From Phoronis australis (taxonomy: Eukaryota > Animalia > Phoronida), in NCBI GenBank assembly GCA_002633005.1, contig NMRA01000338.1:49331-113330 (forward strand): DNA of 64,000 nt, given 5' to 3'. Positions 35,601 to 48,923 of this stretch are shown piece by piece. The stretch's first letter is position 1, and each line of letters opens with the position of its first letter. Both the position numbers and the translations under genes were made by a program. The notes under the pieces were generated by a model that did no database searches, was not told where the DNA came from, and worked only from the letters and a program-made list of their open reading frames with translations.

Positions 35601-38600
35601 AACATTAGCCTTTCAAAGTACTTGAAATTTCCTTGTTGAATTCTTTATTTCAAGGCTTAGGAAAATATGCAAAAGACAGCCCAGGACTTTTACTCTTGAA
35701 TTATTGCAAATCTCGACCACAAGGTGCTGCGAATGAAAGTTTAGATTAGTTTGTCTTCTACTACACGCGTATCTATAGCTCTTGCCGGTCACCGGCAAAC
35801 GTTCTCGAATGACCCAATTTAAAAATCAGATAACACTTTGTTCGGCATGTGACAAACGTGCAGTCCGCAATGTTCAACATGACGCATCTCCGACAGCGCC
35901 TTATCCACGACCTGACGAGGCACCCGATTATCGTGATATGTAGCCTACATGTATTATGCTTTGTGGCAGATTGTTATTCAAAAACGTGGTCTTTTAACTC
36001 CAGATAAGCCGTCGTGCATGTACTCTCCACAACAGGTTGAACAGTCTCTTCCATTAGAACACGCGTCATTGTACACTTACACGCGGCTATAATAATGATC
36101 GCTTTTCTAATAATTCATAAATAACGGAATTTCACAAACTATGTTTAGTTACAGTGCACGCCAACATTAAGGTTATGTAAGACCTCAGAAAATAGTCCAA
36201 ATAATAATATTTTACGCACAGTTCCGTGCTCTGTGAAGTTGTTCTTTTTAAATGTTCTACTTTTGTACGAGGGGTTATCAAAAATTACTAAAGCGACATA
36301 GTCCCGTCATCCAAAAAATACATTCCACAGGCTCTCTGCTTTCAGTAAATATGTAACGTTTACTGTATTAAACTCTATAGTTTTGTGGTTATTTGTCTCA
36401 ATGCTTGTCAAGGTACTACATAACCTCGGACAACACGAACCACCGTGACAGATGAATGACTGTGGGAATTCCCATCACGACGACGGATGAATCCCGCCCA
36501 CCATGACGACGGCTACAAGCGGACATCATTGTCAGTGTAGTTGAAAAAAGCTGGTCACGGAAAAACAGATTTTTGTTGTTGAATTGTAATATACTATACT
36601 CTGCTTAAAACAATCAGTAAATCTTTACCCACCCAATACATTGAACACGTTTACAAAAGTAGTTTTTGCTGACAGGTTTATTTTGATCAGAAATAATACA
36701 CACGAAGACAATACGCCTTAGAACGTCTTAGACTCTACATTACAACTACATGCCAAACGTTATAGGTTATATCTTGGTGGTCACCGAACCAGCCTAATGT
36801 TTGAAACCGTCGCTTTAGTGTGACAGTGCAGAAACGTATGAAACAATCAGTGGTCACAATGATATCAGAGATTTATCACAAGTCTTGAAAACATTGTGTA
36901 CAATAACTTCAAACGACAAAGAGGCAGGCAAAACTGGCATTCACAAGACAACGGCGGTAGAACTTTGGTGGGTAATCGAAGCAAGACAGCATTGGATTTG
37001 GGAAGTAAAAACATACATCTTGGTTAGAATAACTTTGCAATACAAAGGGTTCGACTTATTCAACTCCGTATCAAAGCAAAACACACTAAAGCAGTACCAA
37101 TAAGGACATGCTAACGGATTTTGAAACACAAGCTACAGCATTAATATTAGTACATCCCGTGCGCCGTTTTTTGCACCTGTGCGGGTTGCTTAGGCTTGCC
37201 ATCTTTTGAGCAACCCATCTATGACCAATAGATGTCGCACCAAGTAACAGGGTGTCTCAAACGATGGTCCTCGTTTCAAAACAGGATGTTTCACCGCTCT
37301 TAGTTTCAAAGCAGGATGTTTCACTCTGGCTCCACGCCATGACTACACAAATGGTGATAATGATATCATAGTTTGTTTAAATTTTACCAACATTTAATGA
37401 ATGCTTTACGGTGTTCCCACATCCTTCACGGACTACAGCCAAACACAGTGTCGTGGTAGAGGTTCATCAATTTCAGTTCGCCTCTATCTTTTATTAAAAG
37501 GATGTTTAAAAACGAAGCGATAAACCCAAGCACACGATCACATTCTTATTCAAGTACGTACTAACATTCAAGAAAAAAGAAGATAAGGAAAAGTGTGGTA
37601 ACGTCATGCACATTAGTTTTGAATCCTTTGCGTCCTGCTTCAATTGCCTCACAAAAGCTGCAAAATTTAAGGTCCAGCAACGTGGAAAGGACATACTCCC
37701 AAATAAACATAGATAGGAACGAATATTCAGAGATACCCGTCGCCATGGTAGTCAATAAAGTTTATGCGTCAATAAACTAAACAATACCTCTGCAAAACAC
37801 GTTTTGCATATGTTATCGTGTATTTTCCTGCATTGGCCGCTGTTAAAGTACAGTTATAAACACTGCTGGCTGGGTAACTGTTGATAATATACTAACGCAC
37901 GAGACAAAAAAAGGAAAAGGACATGGTTCACGTAGATAAAACCAGGAAGCAGTTTACGAACTCAGCACGTTCACACTTTTCCGCTTGCTGCAGTCTTTAC
38001 AAGCTTCACTAAATATGATATTTCGTAGTAAATGCAAAACCATCTAGTTACATGTAAGTCGCCAAAATGCACAATAACTAGAATCTTTTATCAGCATTAT
38101 TTAATTTTAACATTATTTAATTTAAGAGCATATAAATTATTAAATCCAGCGAAACGTATAATTTAAAGGTTCCCGATTCATTTTCATATGCTGTATTGTA
38201 CGTATGTATGCGTGCACGTAAATGTGCCCACTTGTGCCTATCCGCCCTCTGGTACCCATGTGTCGTATTGCGTGGAGTGTGCGTGCTTGCTTGAGGGTGT
38301 GCTTGCGCGTTTGTACGTGAATGTGTTCTGGCGTACGTGTTTTTGAAAGTTTTATGAATCAATGTATGCTTTATGGGGTTATATGCACTTTAAAGATGAT
38401 TTTTTAATATTTCATATTTCGTATTTTGGTCTCTACCCACTGCAGATCTGCAAAAGGTGGGGAACACTGAATTATTTCGTCCGTTTATAATTTAACAGCT
38501 TCAATTAAATTCCCCAGTTTGCCGTTTTTTTGTTTTTTTTACCTTAAGTGCCTCCAGTTATAACGTTTCGGGTATTTTATACGAAAAGTTACATCTTTTA

Positions 38601-39214
38601 TTATTTGTTTGGTGTTTCATTTTGATGTCTCACTGTTTTATATAAAATAAGAAAAGATTGGGGATCACCAAATAGCGCAAACAGCGTCACAAAAGAATGC
38701 GCAAGCTGACCTCAAGAACACGAATGCTCCGCTGACTTTCATTACATGGTGATTTTGTTGTGCTCTTGGGATGACGACATAAGTTTAGTTGAATGTTTTA
38801 CCCACCCAAACTCTACCAGGAATTCGACACATAACCTACTATTACACGCTTATTTTCTCATTCGTTAGAGCGTCAGCTTGACGTGTTGAACCCAGTAGAA
38901 TAAAATTCAAATGCCAAAATTGACAAAGTTAATAAGAATAATTAGGTCAGTTCATACATAGCAGCTTTGAATTACATTTCGCTTTGAAAATTATTACCGA
39001 ACTATGGAGCTCATCAAGTTCTTGATTTTGAACGTAAGAAGTAAATTTTGAAATTTCACGTCCCGACTATCATCCAACGTTTTAATAGTAACACAAAATC
39101 AACATTTTCAATTTAAACAATCGGGTATTTGAAATCAAAAATGATATTTAAAGGTTTTGTAAATTAGCGTATGTCGTAAGCAATGACTGATTTGGCAAAT
39201 TGTGCCGAACCTCT

Positions 39215-40038
39215 TTAATTCCAAATTGTAGTGCTAGGGAAATACTGATCGAGCTCGCTATTATCAATATCAAAATTTTCATTAATTTGGATGTTGTTGG
39301 GAATGTAATCAACCTGTCGAGAAATATCATCACCATGACAACCAATGGAATGGTCCTGCACCGACGTTGACGGAGGATAGTGGGACAAGCGGGGTGGAAA
39401 CATATGTCTTGTAAAGCATGAAGGCGCCTGCACAGATCCCGCTGAATTATCTTCATCCTTGATCCCTAGGCCCCGCGACGATTGACTCATCAGCCCACGT
39501 AAGGTTTCAGCAGGATGCACTGCAGGGGGAGCTGGTGGGCGTTCACCAATAACAGTTTTCATGAGGTGCATGACATGTCCTTGGTTGCATTCCGGCAATG
39601 GATCGGGAATAAAGTCAAAACTGAAAATGTTACCATTCGACCCAATCGGTGGCTGCAATGGCGAAGGCTCAGGCGAGGGAATTCCGGCAAGTGGGCAGAA
39701 CGGATCAATGCCATCGGAGACGCAAAGGCGTAGACTTTGCCCAGATTTAATTTCGTTTGGGCTTGATGGAGGGGTACAGTCGGGAGACATGGGAATTTGG
39801 AATTGTCTGACTTCTGCAGTTTGACGTAAACCATCTTTGCCGTCACTGTCACATGTCAAGGGCACGTCATTTAGTTGGGAAAGAACAAGTGGTTGATGGG
39901 TAACAACACGCCTTGCCTTCTTGCGCCGTGGCCTATATTTGTACGTTGGATGAATTCTGGCGTGCTCAAGCCTGATTCGCTCAGCCTCCTCGATGAATGG
40001 TCTTTTTTGAACTAGGCTCAAGCTTCTCCATTTGTCAC
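39215..40038 (-). CDS. SoxF: SoxF-like HMG-box transcription factor, exon 2
   Basis: ttttag|GT GAC AAA TGG; [30 protein letters not shown]; Pro/Ser-rich region; C-terminal DNSELDQYF resembles the SoxF DxxEF(E/D)QYL motif. Spliced product is 350 aa. Confidence 0.88.
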
Positions 40039-43000
40039 CTAAAATAAAAAAGGATTCGTGTGAACCTATTGCGCTACGATTATACTTTAAACGAACTCCA
40101 CAAGGACATGGTTCGTGCACTCATTTTTAATTGTTTTTACTGCAGACAGGTCTGTGGTGTTCATTGCTTGTTCAGTGTTCCCAACTTTGACGTCACAGCC
40201 ATCTCAAAGACGCGCTTATACGAGTTAATTCTCAGGCCAAGCCATCCCAGAGATCACGGCTGACGAAAACAGGAACAGAACGACTTCCATATGTCAAGGG
40301 ACATAACAGACTTTCTCAGCAGCCTCAAGCCGTGCGATGGCAAAAGGTTATCATCGACGCAGGGGTAATGCACTAACCTTTGACTCAAAACTTAAACAGA
40401 AAACCATTCCAATTAGAGTTTTGTCGTTTGTCGTGCGCGTTGCAACAAAGTTTGGAGAGTTGGAACCAAATGTTCTGCAGACAACTTAGAACAAACATGT
40501 GGTTCCTTGTTGTAGAATTAAACGCTTGCAGATGTGATTTCCACAAAACACATGGGAAAACTGTTTGAACTGAGAAAACAAGAACACTAGACTTTACGAT
40601 TCACATTGGATAGCGCCTAGTTTTGAAGAAAGTGGAAGGCCGCTATACCTGTGGAATGACATTGTTACGTGCCCAATCAACGAACTCATAGATTAGCTAA
40701 TTTGCTAAAATGTGATAATTGCGATGCTAAGTAGCGGTGATACCACAGATTTCAACTGAAAGAGGTTTAAATGTGATAGCGTTTGTTATGATGATAACAT
40801 GTTAGTTAGTGCAGAAGTGACTTTGGGGATTTTGTATCAGTTTGTCAGACGATCCGCGTGTCACCAATAATGTGCGTTATCTAATTTTCTACTTGATTGT
40901 TGATGACACCAAAGAACTCTAGACTTGGAATGCCAACTTCGATGTCGCGCATGCGTGGCATTTGTTTGCATTGGTTTGTCGCGGTGTTGGTTATTCCTAT
41001 GGAATTTACTGTCACTAAAACTGTTCGCAACTCCACCGTTTTTCAACCGAATAGCCCTTCGCCGGTTTTTGATGGTGTATGATTATAGCTGAAGCAAACG
41101 ACACGTAATTTAATTCATAAATAGTCACCATTTCTCATACCCGACAGGTTTAAAAAATATTTTCGTAACCAAAATTTGAAAAATAACAAGTTGGATTGTA
41201 TAAATGACTAATTAAACCAGCAGGGATATAATTCCAATGATTCTAACGATTTCTATCCTCTCAAGACAAAGATATTAGAATATGGATCCCTCACGGCTGC
41301 TGTGAAGAATTTAGTCAGGCATTTATCCAAAGTAATTCATGTTCATGTATCAATTGTACCTTTGGTGCCGTTTGATACAGTTCGTCAGTAAAAATTTCAG
41401 AACGCAGTGAAATTTACAAAAATGTGATAAACTAATTACTCGAACAACCAATCCGAAATGTACAGATAAAGGCTTTGATAGATAAAACATGAGCAAACAT
41501 CTATTGTGTAGCTTTGAAATGTACTGGGGATGGATCATGACATAGGCTGCTTCAATAGTTTGTAAATAAAGTCATTTCCTCAGAAAGTAAAAATTAGTGC
41601 AGTTTGTAAATAAAGTCAGAAAGTGAAAAATAGTGATCCTGACACAAGTAGCGAACTCAGTCGAACAGACTGCCGGAAATTTAAAGTGCAAACTCTTACG
41701 GCTAGTCTTGGGGTCGCAAGCTCTAACATAATGCATTGGTCACGTGTGGGATTTGTCATTCCGGGGCTAGAGTTCTACAATGAAACACAAACGCAGTCTG
41801 ATGATTTGCAAAAACGTTAAAACACCCACTGAAATTAACGAAGCCTGTTTGTCCTGTGAATCGTGTACAGGTCAGTCCGAACACAGATCTAGAACGGAAT
41901 TAGAATGAAAAACAAAAAAGTTGCAAAGTAGGGTCAAAAACAGCGTGATGTGTTGCAACATTAAACGATGCATCATTCCCCAGGCACTTAAACTCGTCTC
42001 ACTTCATTCTAATGCCGTCACCGAAGATTTACACTTGTTAAACAGATGATCCAATAAATCTCGCTGAGTAACTCCCACTCGACGCCCGAGTGTGATAACG
42101 AGGATATATTAATTTCATCACTTATCATAACTGGGCAGAAAACAATGACGACACGCGTATGCATTTTAAACTTTGGAGTTTGAAACAAAGACTTATCAAA
42201 ACACGGGATTACCCAGGCCGCTTGATCTTGTTCAGTCAAGTTCTATTGACGATAACTGAAATTGGCAGTAAATGTTGATAAGAAAATAGAGAGCCAAAAG
42301 AATTTACGATTAATATGTAGCGCGTTATTACTTTTGGGTAGTTAAAGCCCAACGTCTTGTTTAACGTTCCCAGGAAAAAATACACATTGCCATTGTTAAA
42401 TGATAACTAACCTCAACGGGGAAGTAAGCGGCATTTTGTATTTTTGGTTCTCGTGCATACCTTCAGACTACCCGCTTGATAACGACGAGGAAGTTATTGA
42501 AATAATTTGGGGGTGAATTTAATGCAAACGGGATGTGTAAAATCGTTTCCTGAATATCGGCATCATCGCAAATTAGATTGAAAGCTTTTGTAATAAACCA
42601 TACATCCAATGTAACACGCAATAAATGACAACGCGCTGCAGTCTTTACTCGCCTTTCTTAATCTTACTTAACTACGTCTACATTGTGACAATCAGACCGC
42701 TACAAGAACATATATTTCGCATTCTGGCAAGAGATTTTTTTAATTTACAGACGATGCCCTAAGAACACAAAATACGACTAAGAATTCACAAATCAATATT
42801 TAAAAGGTTTAGGCGACTGGTTTTCACGATTCGTTCTAGCCTATTGACCCCTTTCTGAAAATGTCAGCTTTTTAGATGCATTGCGGTCTCGTCCATTATC
42901 TGATTGAATTAGTGAAGTGTAGGCTTAATCTCTTTCCACAAAGCTAGTAATGCTCATACAAGTAGCAATGGTGATGAGAGTAATTTCAGTACTTACAATT

Positions 43001-43045
43001 GAAACAAATGGTGCCCCTATTCAATTTAATTCAACTGTTCCTTAC

Positions 43046-43274
43046 CTAACATTTTGCTGAGATCAGCATTATGTACATCCGGATTGTCCTCCGCCATTTT
43101 TCTCCTCTCTTTTCTCGCCCACACCATAAAAGAATTCATTGGTCGCTTGATTCTTTGCGTTTTCGACGTTCGCATCCTTGAATTAAGATAGTTTTCTGCA
43201 GCATACTGGTTTCTCTTCTCAATCAGCCAGTCGCACGGCACGTCGCCTGCCAAAGACGAATACTCGGGCTTCAT
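43046..43274 (-). CDS. SoxF: SoxF-like HMG-box transcription factor, exon 1
   Basis: [37 protein letters not shown], then donor TTA G|gtaag at the intron position typical of SoxE/F. The start ATG at 43274 is the most plausible, not proven. Confidence 0.85.
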
Positions 43275-45767
43275 TGTGCAGCCGATTAACGAGTGAAGAG
43301 ACACACACCCGAAATTCAGTGCAGTTAACACAATACCCACATTGTACAATGCGCATTCCACTCTCGAGCCGTCCAAGATAACATACAGGACGTGGACCAA
43401 TCAAACGCCGACGATCAAATTTAAGAGATTAGTCCCGAGTCCTAACTATTTCTGCGCTATGATCGGATTACAAGTACTTGAAGCCGTGAACGTGACCTCA
43501 AGACAACTTTGCTTTGTGTATAATCTGGATCACTGGACTTCACTTACGCTAACAAGTTTCGTTTCTTTAACAATTCTCGAAATTCTCATGCTATTCACAC
43601 TTATTAGCGAGTCTCCGATTTTAGACCAGATTCCCAAAATAACTTTACGTGGCTCCCGTAAGTAAAACTTCCTTGAATTCAAAGACATTTTTATCCAACC
43701 GGGAAACAGTTGTCCACCTAGTATGAGATTATTGAAGGAAGTGAAAAGAGACAATGGTTTCAGACTTAACTCATTTTACAGTGTCATCCTGCCACATTTT
43801 AGCCTGCCTGTTTTCCGAACGTTGTTCGCTTTCTTATTATAAGGAGTACACTAACAATTATACGTATATATTGACTTAAGAAATTTTGCTGGAGAGTTAT
43901 TTTAAAAAACTCCATTCTGCCTTTGTTTAGCTGTTCGAAAAGCAACGACAATTGAAAACTGGGCCACTTACCCGGGGCCCGCAAAAGCTCAACAATTTAC
44001 CACGATGTGGATTTATTTTCGTTACCAGCCAGACAGACCACCCAGTGCATTTAGGAGGACACGTTTCTGGTGATTGTAGGACAGTCTAGCCACTTCTTAG
44101 GCAAGATTTGCCCGCTTCAGTTCAGTTGCATGTCTGGCGGAGGGCAAAACTCAGTGGAATCAAATCTTCTACACAATTGGGCGCGATCTCTGCGCAGTTA
44201 GCAGGCATGCCAGGAAACACTCGGGGTCTGATTTTAAATTCCGGCAATAGTGACTCAGAAGCTTAGGTGGCGATTCACTAAACAACGGCCTTTTGTTAAA
44301 GAACAGTTTTGATTTAGCCTGCTAACTGTATAAAATCGCTCTCGTCTTGTTGCTAGAAATGAATACTCATGAGCGGGGCACCATAGGGAGCTGGGGGGAG
44401 GGGGGGCACAGGGTGACTGGTGATTATAGCCCCCCCCCCTCTTTTTTCAGTGCAGCGCCGCGCATTTTACTAAGCTTACGAGAACTGATTGTTGGTCATC
44501 TGCCTCAGGCCAGGCCCATTAGGTTGCTTGCCACTGTGGTTTAGTTTAACAGAGTCGCCAAGACAGTGAGCCAGCAGGAGTTTTCATGCCATTTATTGTA
44601 GCCCTGAAACTAAACTGCAAGAGAATAACAACGCGATAGCTACACTGCGAAGACAGTTGATGTCATTTAACTCCAACACATGGTTTTAGCAGGGGGGCCG
44701 GGTTGATAGGTTTAAAAGAATTCAAAATGCAACTCTTATCTGATTAAGATTACAATTGCTTGAACAAAAACACTCTTTTAAATCCTGTGATTAAGTGATA
44801 TTTAAGTTGAAGAGCGACTTACTTGGTATTCCGAGATTATAGTCTTTTGTTCGCCACTTCATTTTGAAAAAAGATTTCGTTTAAATGTGTCGGAAAAGGA
44901 ATTTAAAAGTAATATTCTTAATTTTTGTGGGATATCGGCACCGCGGTTAACCAAATTGTTTTATGCGCGTACGGATGCGGGGTTTTCCGGCACAGGCCAA
45001 TTCCCAGACTACTTTCGAATTTTTGTGGAAGTAGGCAAAGAATAAAAGGTTGGGCAAGGAAAGATTAGAAAAGTTGGACATAGAGGTTCATTCAAATGAG
45101 TGTTCAAAATTTAAGATTTTTAGAAACGGTGGTTAATGTGGACTCTGTCAGTGTGGGGTGAATTTCTCCTACCCTTTAATTGAAGGTTTTCTTAGTATTA
45201 AGTTTCGAAGTCATTTTTCTTCGCCTAAAGAAAAATTTTCATGTAGTATGCATAAAAATGTATTAGATAACTTTTTCACGGGACGTGGTTAAGGCCATTG
45301 CCAGTTAGTAAAATGTGGAATTGTGGAATTGCAAGCTTGTCGGTTGTTGACGCGTTCGGGTTGGTGCGTTACACGAGCGATTCCTGAAACAAATGTATGC
45401 ACATTCAAATCGGACACTTAACCCTTTCCATAGGCAGGAATAGTGTTTAGAAACTGGCAGAAGCAGTGGAATCCGTTACAGTAACTGTTTGGTGACATAT
45501 GTGAGGAAGATGACATATATAACGACAATATTGACCCCAGAAAACCCTGTGGATTGAGACACAATGACAGCGCCGCGAGCGGACAGTTTCGGAGGCTCTC
45601 CAAGCTGTTTGGTGGTATGTTCCTATTTGAACTAATTTGTTATAAATGGTGCCTTGGTGTATATCCAACTAACAGGAATGTGCTCAAAAGTCATAGTCAT
45701 TAGCAGTCTGTATGAGTTGCTTCTTTTTTTTTACATTGATTTGGATGATGTTGAAGTAAAAGTTATA

Positions 45768-47660
45768 TAGTGGCCTGCATTCCAATTCGTTTATCAAAAA
45801 CTAGGCTTTGTCAACCAGTAAAATTATATATTTTCTGAAAGAAAAAAAGATCAGGGAATACAAAAATACGCTTTCAGGAATTTTCGATTAGTATTTTCGT
45901 TTGATTTCTACGACAAATCAACTCGCAAAACGTTAGGTATTTTTGTAAAAATAGAAGTCGCATTAGGTTTTGTTACCTTGCGCAAAATCTAGGCCTGTAT
46001 ATAAAAATTCTAAAAGCGTTTTTGAGATTGATGAATAATATCAAGTTTGGAAAGTTTCAGCGAAATCTACCGCATAGTTTTCGAGAACTCGTGTTCCTTA
46101 TTTCAAATTAAGTCGACTTGCCGAAGCCGAGAAAAAGCCGATAATATGGCGAGACATGAAAATATCAAGGACTTCACTGAGTTAATTACTTGTTGAAAAG
46201 TTGTTTTTGGTCAATATAACCTATACATCCTTTGGTCGTGTTCATTCTTTCAACATTCACGCGCAATGTCGACTTAATTTGCAGAGCGTAATTAACTTAA
46301 TTATCACAAAAACGTTTTGTCAGCCAAGTCGATTCTCGATGCATCGAATCCAACTAGCTCATGCGGGCGGAGTGGGTCAACAATGAGGTTCACTTTTAAG
46401 TAGGCCAACAGTTCATTGTTATACACATCTGGCGCCGGGAGACTGGTAAGAAATTAGCTAGACAGTGACCACCGTCTTTAGCGGACTAGAGACGGTGTAG
46501 CTCCTACAGAAGCTTCATACACCGTAAGCATTTCGGCAGATTATGCCTCACACTGTCTAAAACATCAAAGTCACGTTGTTAAAAATACCTTTTGCGCATA
46601 GAGGGACACCTTAGGACGCCGTCGATATATTCAATTCCTTAAAACTCAACAAATACTTCCGTTATCAAACTTTTTCTTCGAGCAGTCACTCGTTCAGTTC
46701 CCAAAATCGGAAACTCGTCATTTTTAACACTGTGCGTGGCAGGTGGTATGACGTCATATGCCCTGGCGTGCGCAGTGTAAAAACGGCTAGTTACCGATCA
46801 GGGGAACTGAACGAGGGACTGTACTCGAAGAAAAAAATTGATAACGGGAGTATTCTTTCGAGTTGGAATAAATTAAATACATTGGCGGCCGCCTAATGTG
46901 TCCCCCTATGCGCGCGCACTAAAAGAACATTTGTAGCATTTGAATATTTAGTCAGTGTGAAACATACCGTAATTCGAGGAAAAGCTTCCGGTATAAAGTT
47001 CCCATTGGAGCTACAACGTCTCTAATAGGCTAGAGACGGTCGTCACTGTCTAGCATGAAACCAAAGGGATATCACAAATCGAGTCGGTGGTTAAAGCGCG
47101 TCGCGAGCATGAGATCGAAACGGCGAAATCAGTTCAAATTACTTCGATCAGTATCAAATTGAGAAATTTGGGTGAGGATTTATCGCATTTCACAACTGGC
47201 TGTGTTCGAGAACACAAAGTCACAGAGGCGTGAGGCGACTCGGAACATTCGTTCTCGACGATCGTATAGTACGCATGCAGACACACAACTCCCTCAGGAT
47301 CAAAACTACGTTTTGCATTCGTTTTCCCCGGCGTCTTTCTATCCTGTGTACACTTCACTGACACAATACTATGGTGACTCGGTGAATGAAAGAACTGCAG
47401 ATACAGTACTTAGCTGCCCTGTGCCTGTGGCGGGAGATTCGATTTGCGTGACAGCCCAGTAGCCTTTGACTTCTGATAAATAGTAAACAAATTTCCACGC
47501 GGTTGTGTGGTTTCCAAGCTGGTTCTTCTAAATGTTTTTTCTCTACACGGCATATATTTAGTATTTGAATTTCACCAAGAATGAAGAAAAGATATTCTGC
47601 TAGACATGCGTGAAATATTGTAAAAATGGCCAACTTATCTGAATAAGGTTTGACATATCA
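45768..47660 (+). repeat. Interspersed repeat, copy 1 (about 1.3 kb plus a nested MITE)
   Basis: Reverse-complement similarity over its length to 52906-54227. Confidence 0.75.
46457..47054. mobile_element. Nearly fully palindromic 600-bp MITE nested in the 45.8-47.7 kb repeat
   Basis: gctagacagtgac / gtcactgtctagc ends; arms pair inward to about 46760; absent from the homologous position (about 53450) of copy 2. Confidence 0.8.
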
Positions 47661-48923
47661 GTTTGACTTATGGCATATATATAACTAACAACAAATAGCC
47701 TATAAAATATACCACAGCCTCAGCTTGGAAAAGTCTCAGTTTAGAACCGTACCATTGCAAAATGCCATAAATCTGAGGACAGACTGGCCACACCCTACGT
47801 CCCACATCTAGAAAGCAAATTAACGAGTTATTCAATTCATAGTATAGGCATAAGCGCTGAGTAAAATCCGCCGTGTTACCGACAGGATTGGAATGCCATA
47901 ATTGTATTAGATGTCTGTAAATTGCCTCTGGTCTGCCTTATCGAGTTTAGCAGCTTGTAAACCTCAAATTCTAACCCTTTGGCTTGATCAGACTGAAATC
48001 CTAATGTCCTACATGATGGTATTCGTGATTCTAGACCCAAATCCAGTTGCGTAGCACTATAGCATGTGTTACGGGCCCGCGCTCTCGGCATTTTAAACGC
48101 ACAAATGCCATAAACGTATACATATCTCTACGACTATGGAAGCACTGACCTCGAGTGATGCAAACTTGGAAAGTTTGTATTGGGATCTTGCTATTTTCAA
48201 TATGTGCAGTGTCAAGGAGCCGGACGACCGTAAGCGATGTTCAAAGAACTGTACTGTTGCAATCTGATGCTACCGAAAGCTTAAGCGCGGCCGCACAAAA
48301 ACAGCGGACTGCTTAAAGTGCAGGAACTCTTACTCAAATGTAGAGTTCCAAAGTTTGTGCTGGGTGCCTCAGGTGCGAGAAAGGACCTAATCACGCGCTT
48401 GTTTCAAGTCACGAGGTCAACTGTCACTCCGAAGCCTGAAATCGCACCAAATTTAACCGATAAATAGATAGAGACCAATTTCGTGACGCCAAGCAGTCTA
48501 AATCAAAAATTGGTTTTCGTGGTGAAAGGTGAGTTTACAGTGGCTTTTAATTTTCTATTTTACATGGTGTTTCGCGTGTAGGCACATGCCTAATGTCACA
48601 TATAGGTGCAGCTTTGCCTGCGTTTAATCATAGACATTTTCCTTAAGCCTACTATCTGGACAACAGTTTCTCTACTAAGAATGACACTGAAAGATGGTCT
48701 AGGACAGAAGCAGTCAAATTTTTTTAAGAGCATGATAAGCTAAGCAAAATACGAATTTACCAAAAACACTTGAAACAGTCTCAAATGATAGCTGCAGAGT
48801 TCAGACATGCCATTTATATAATCTTTTTAAAAAGTTTTCGAATTTTTTATGCCCTGGACTATTCTCAAATTAAGCCTCAGGAAAAGGTTCTTTTCAGCAC
48901 GTCCTCAACAGGAAATGACAAGG

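Noticed and set aside
36288-36818. Possible MITE with ctaaagcgac/gtcgctttag ends
   Set aside because: Only a 10-bp terminal match, too weak to call without a family search.
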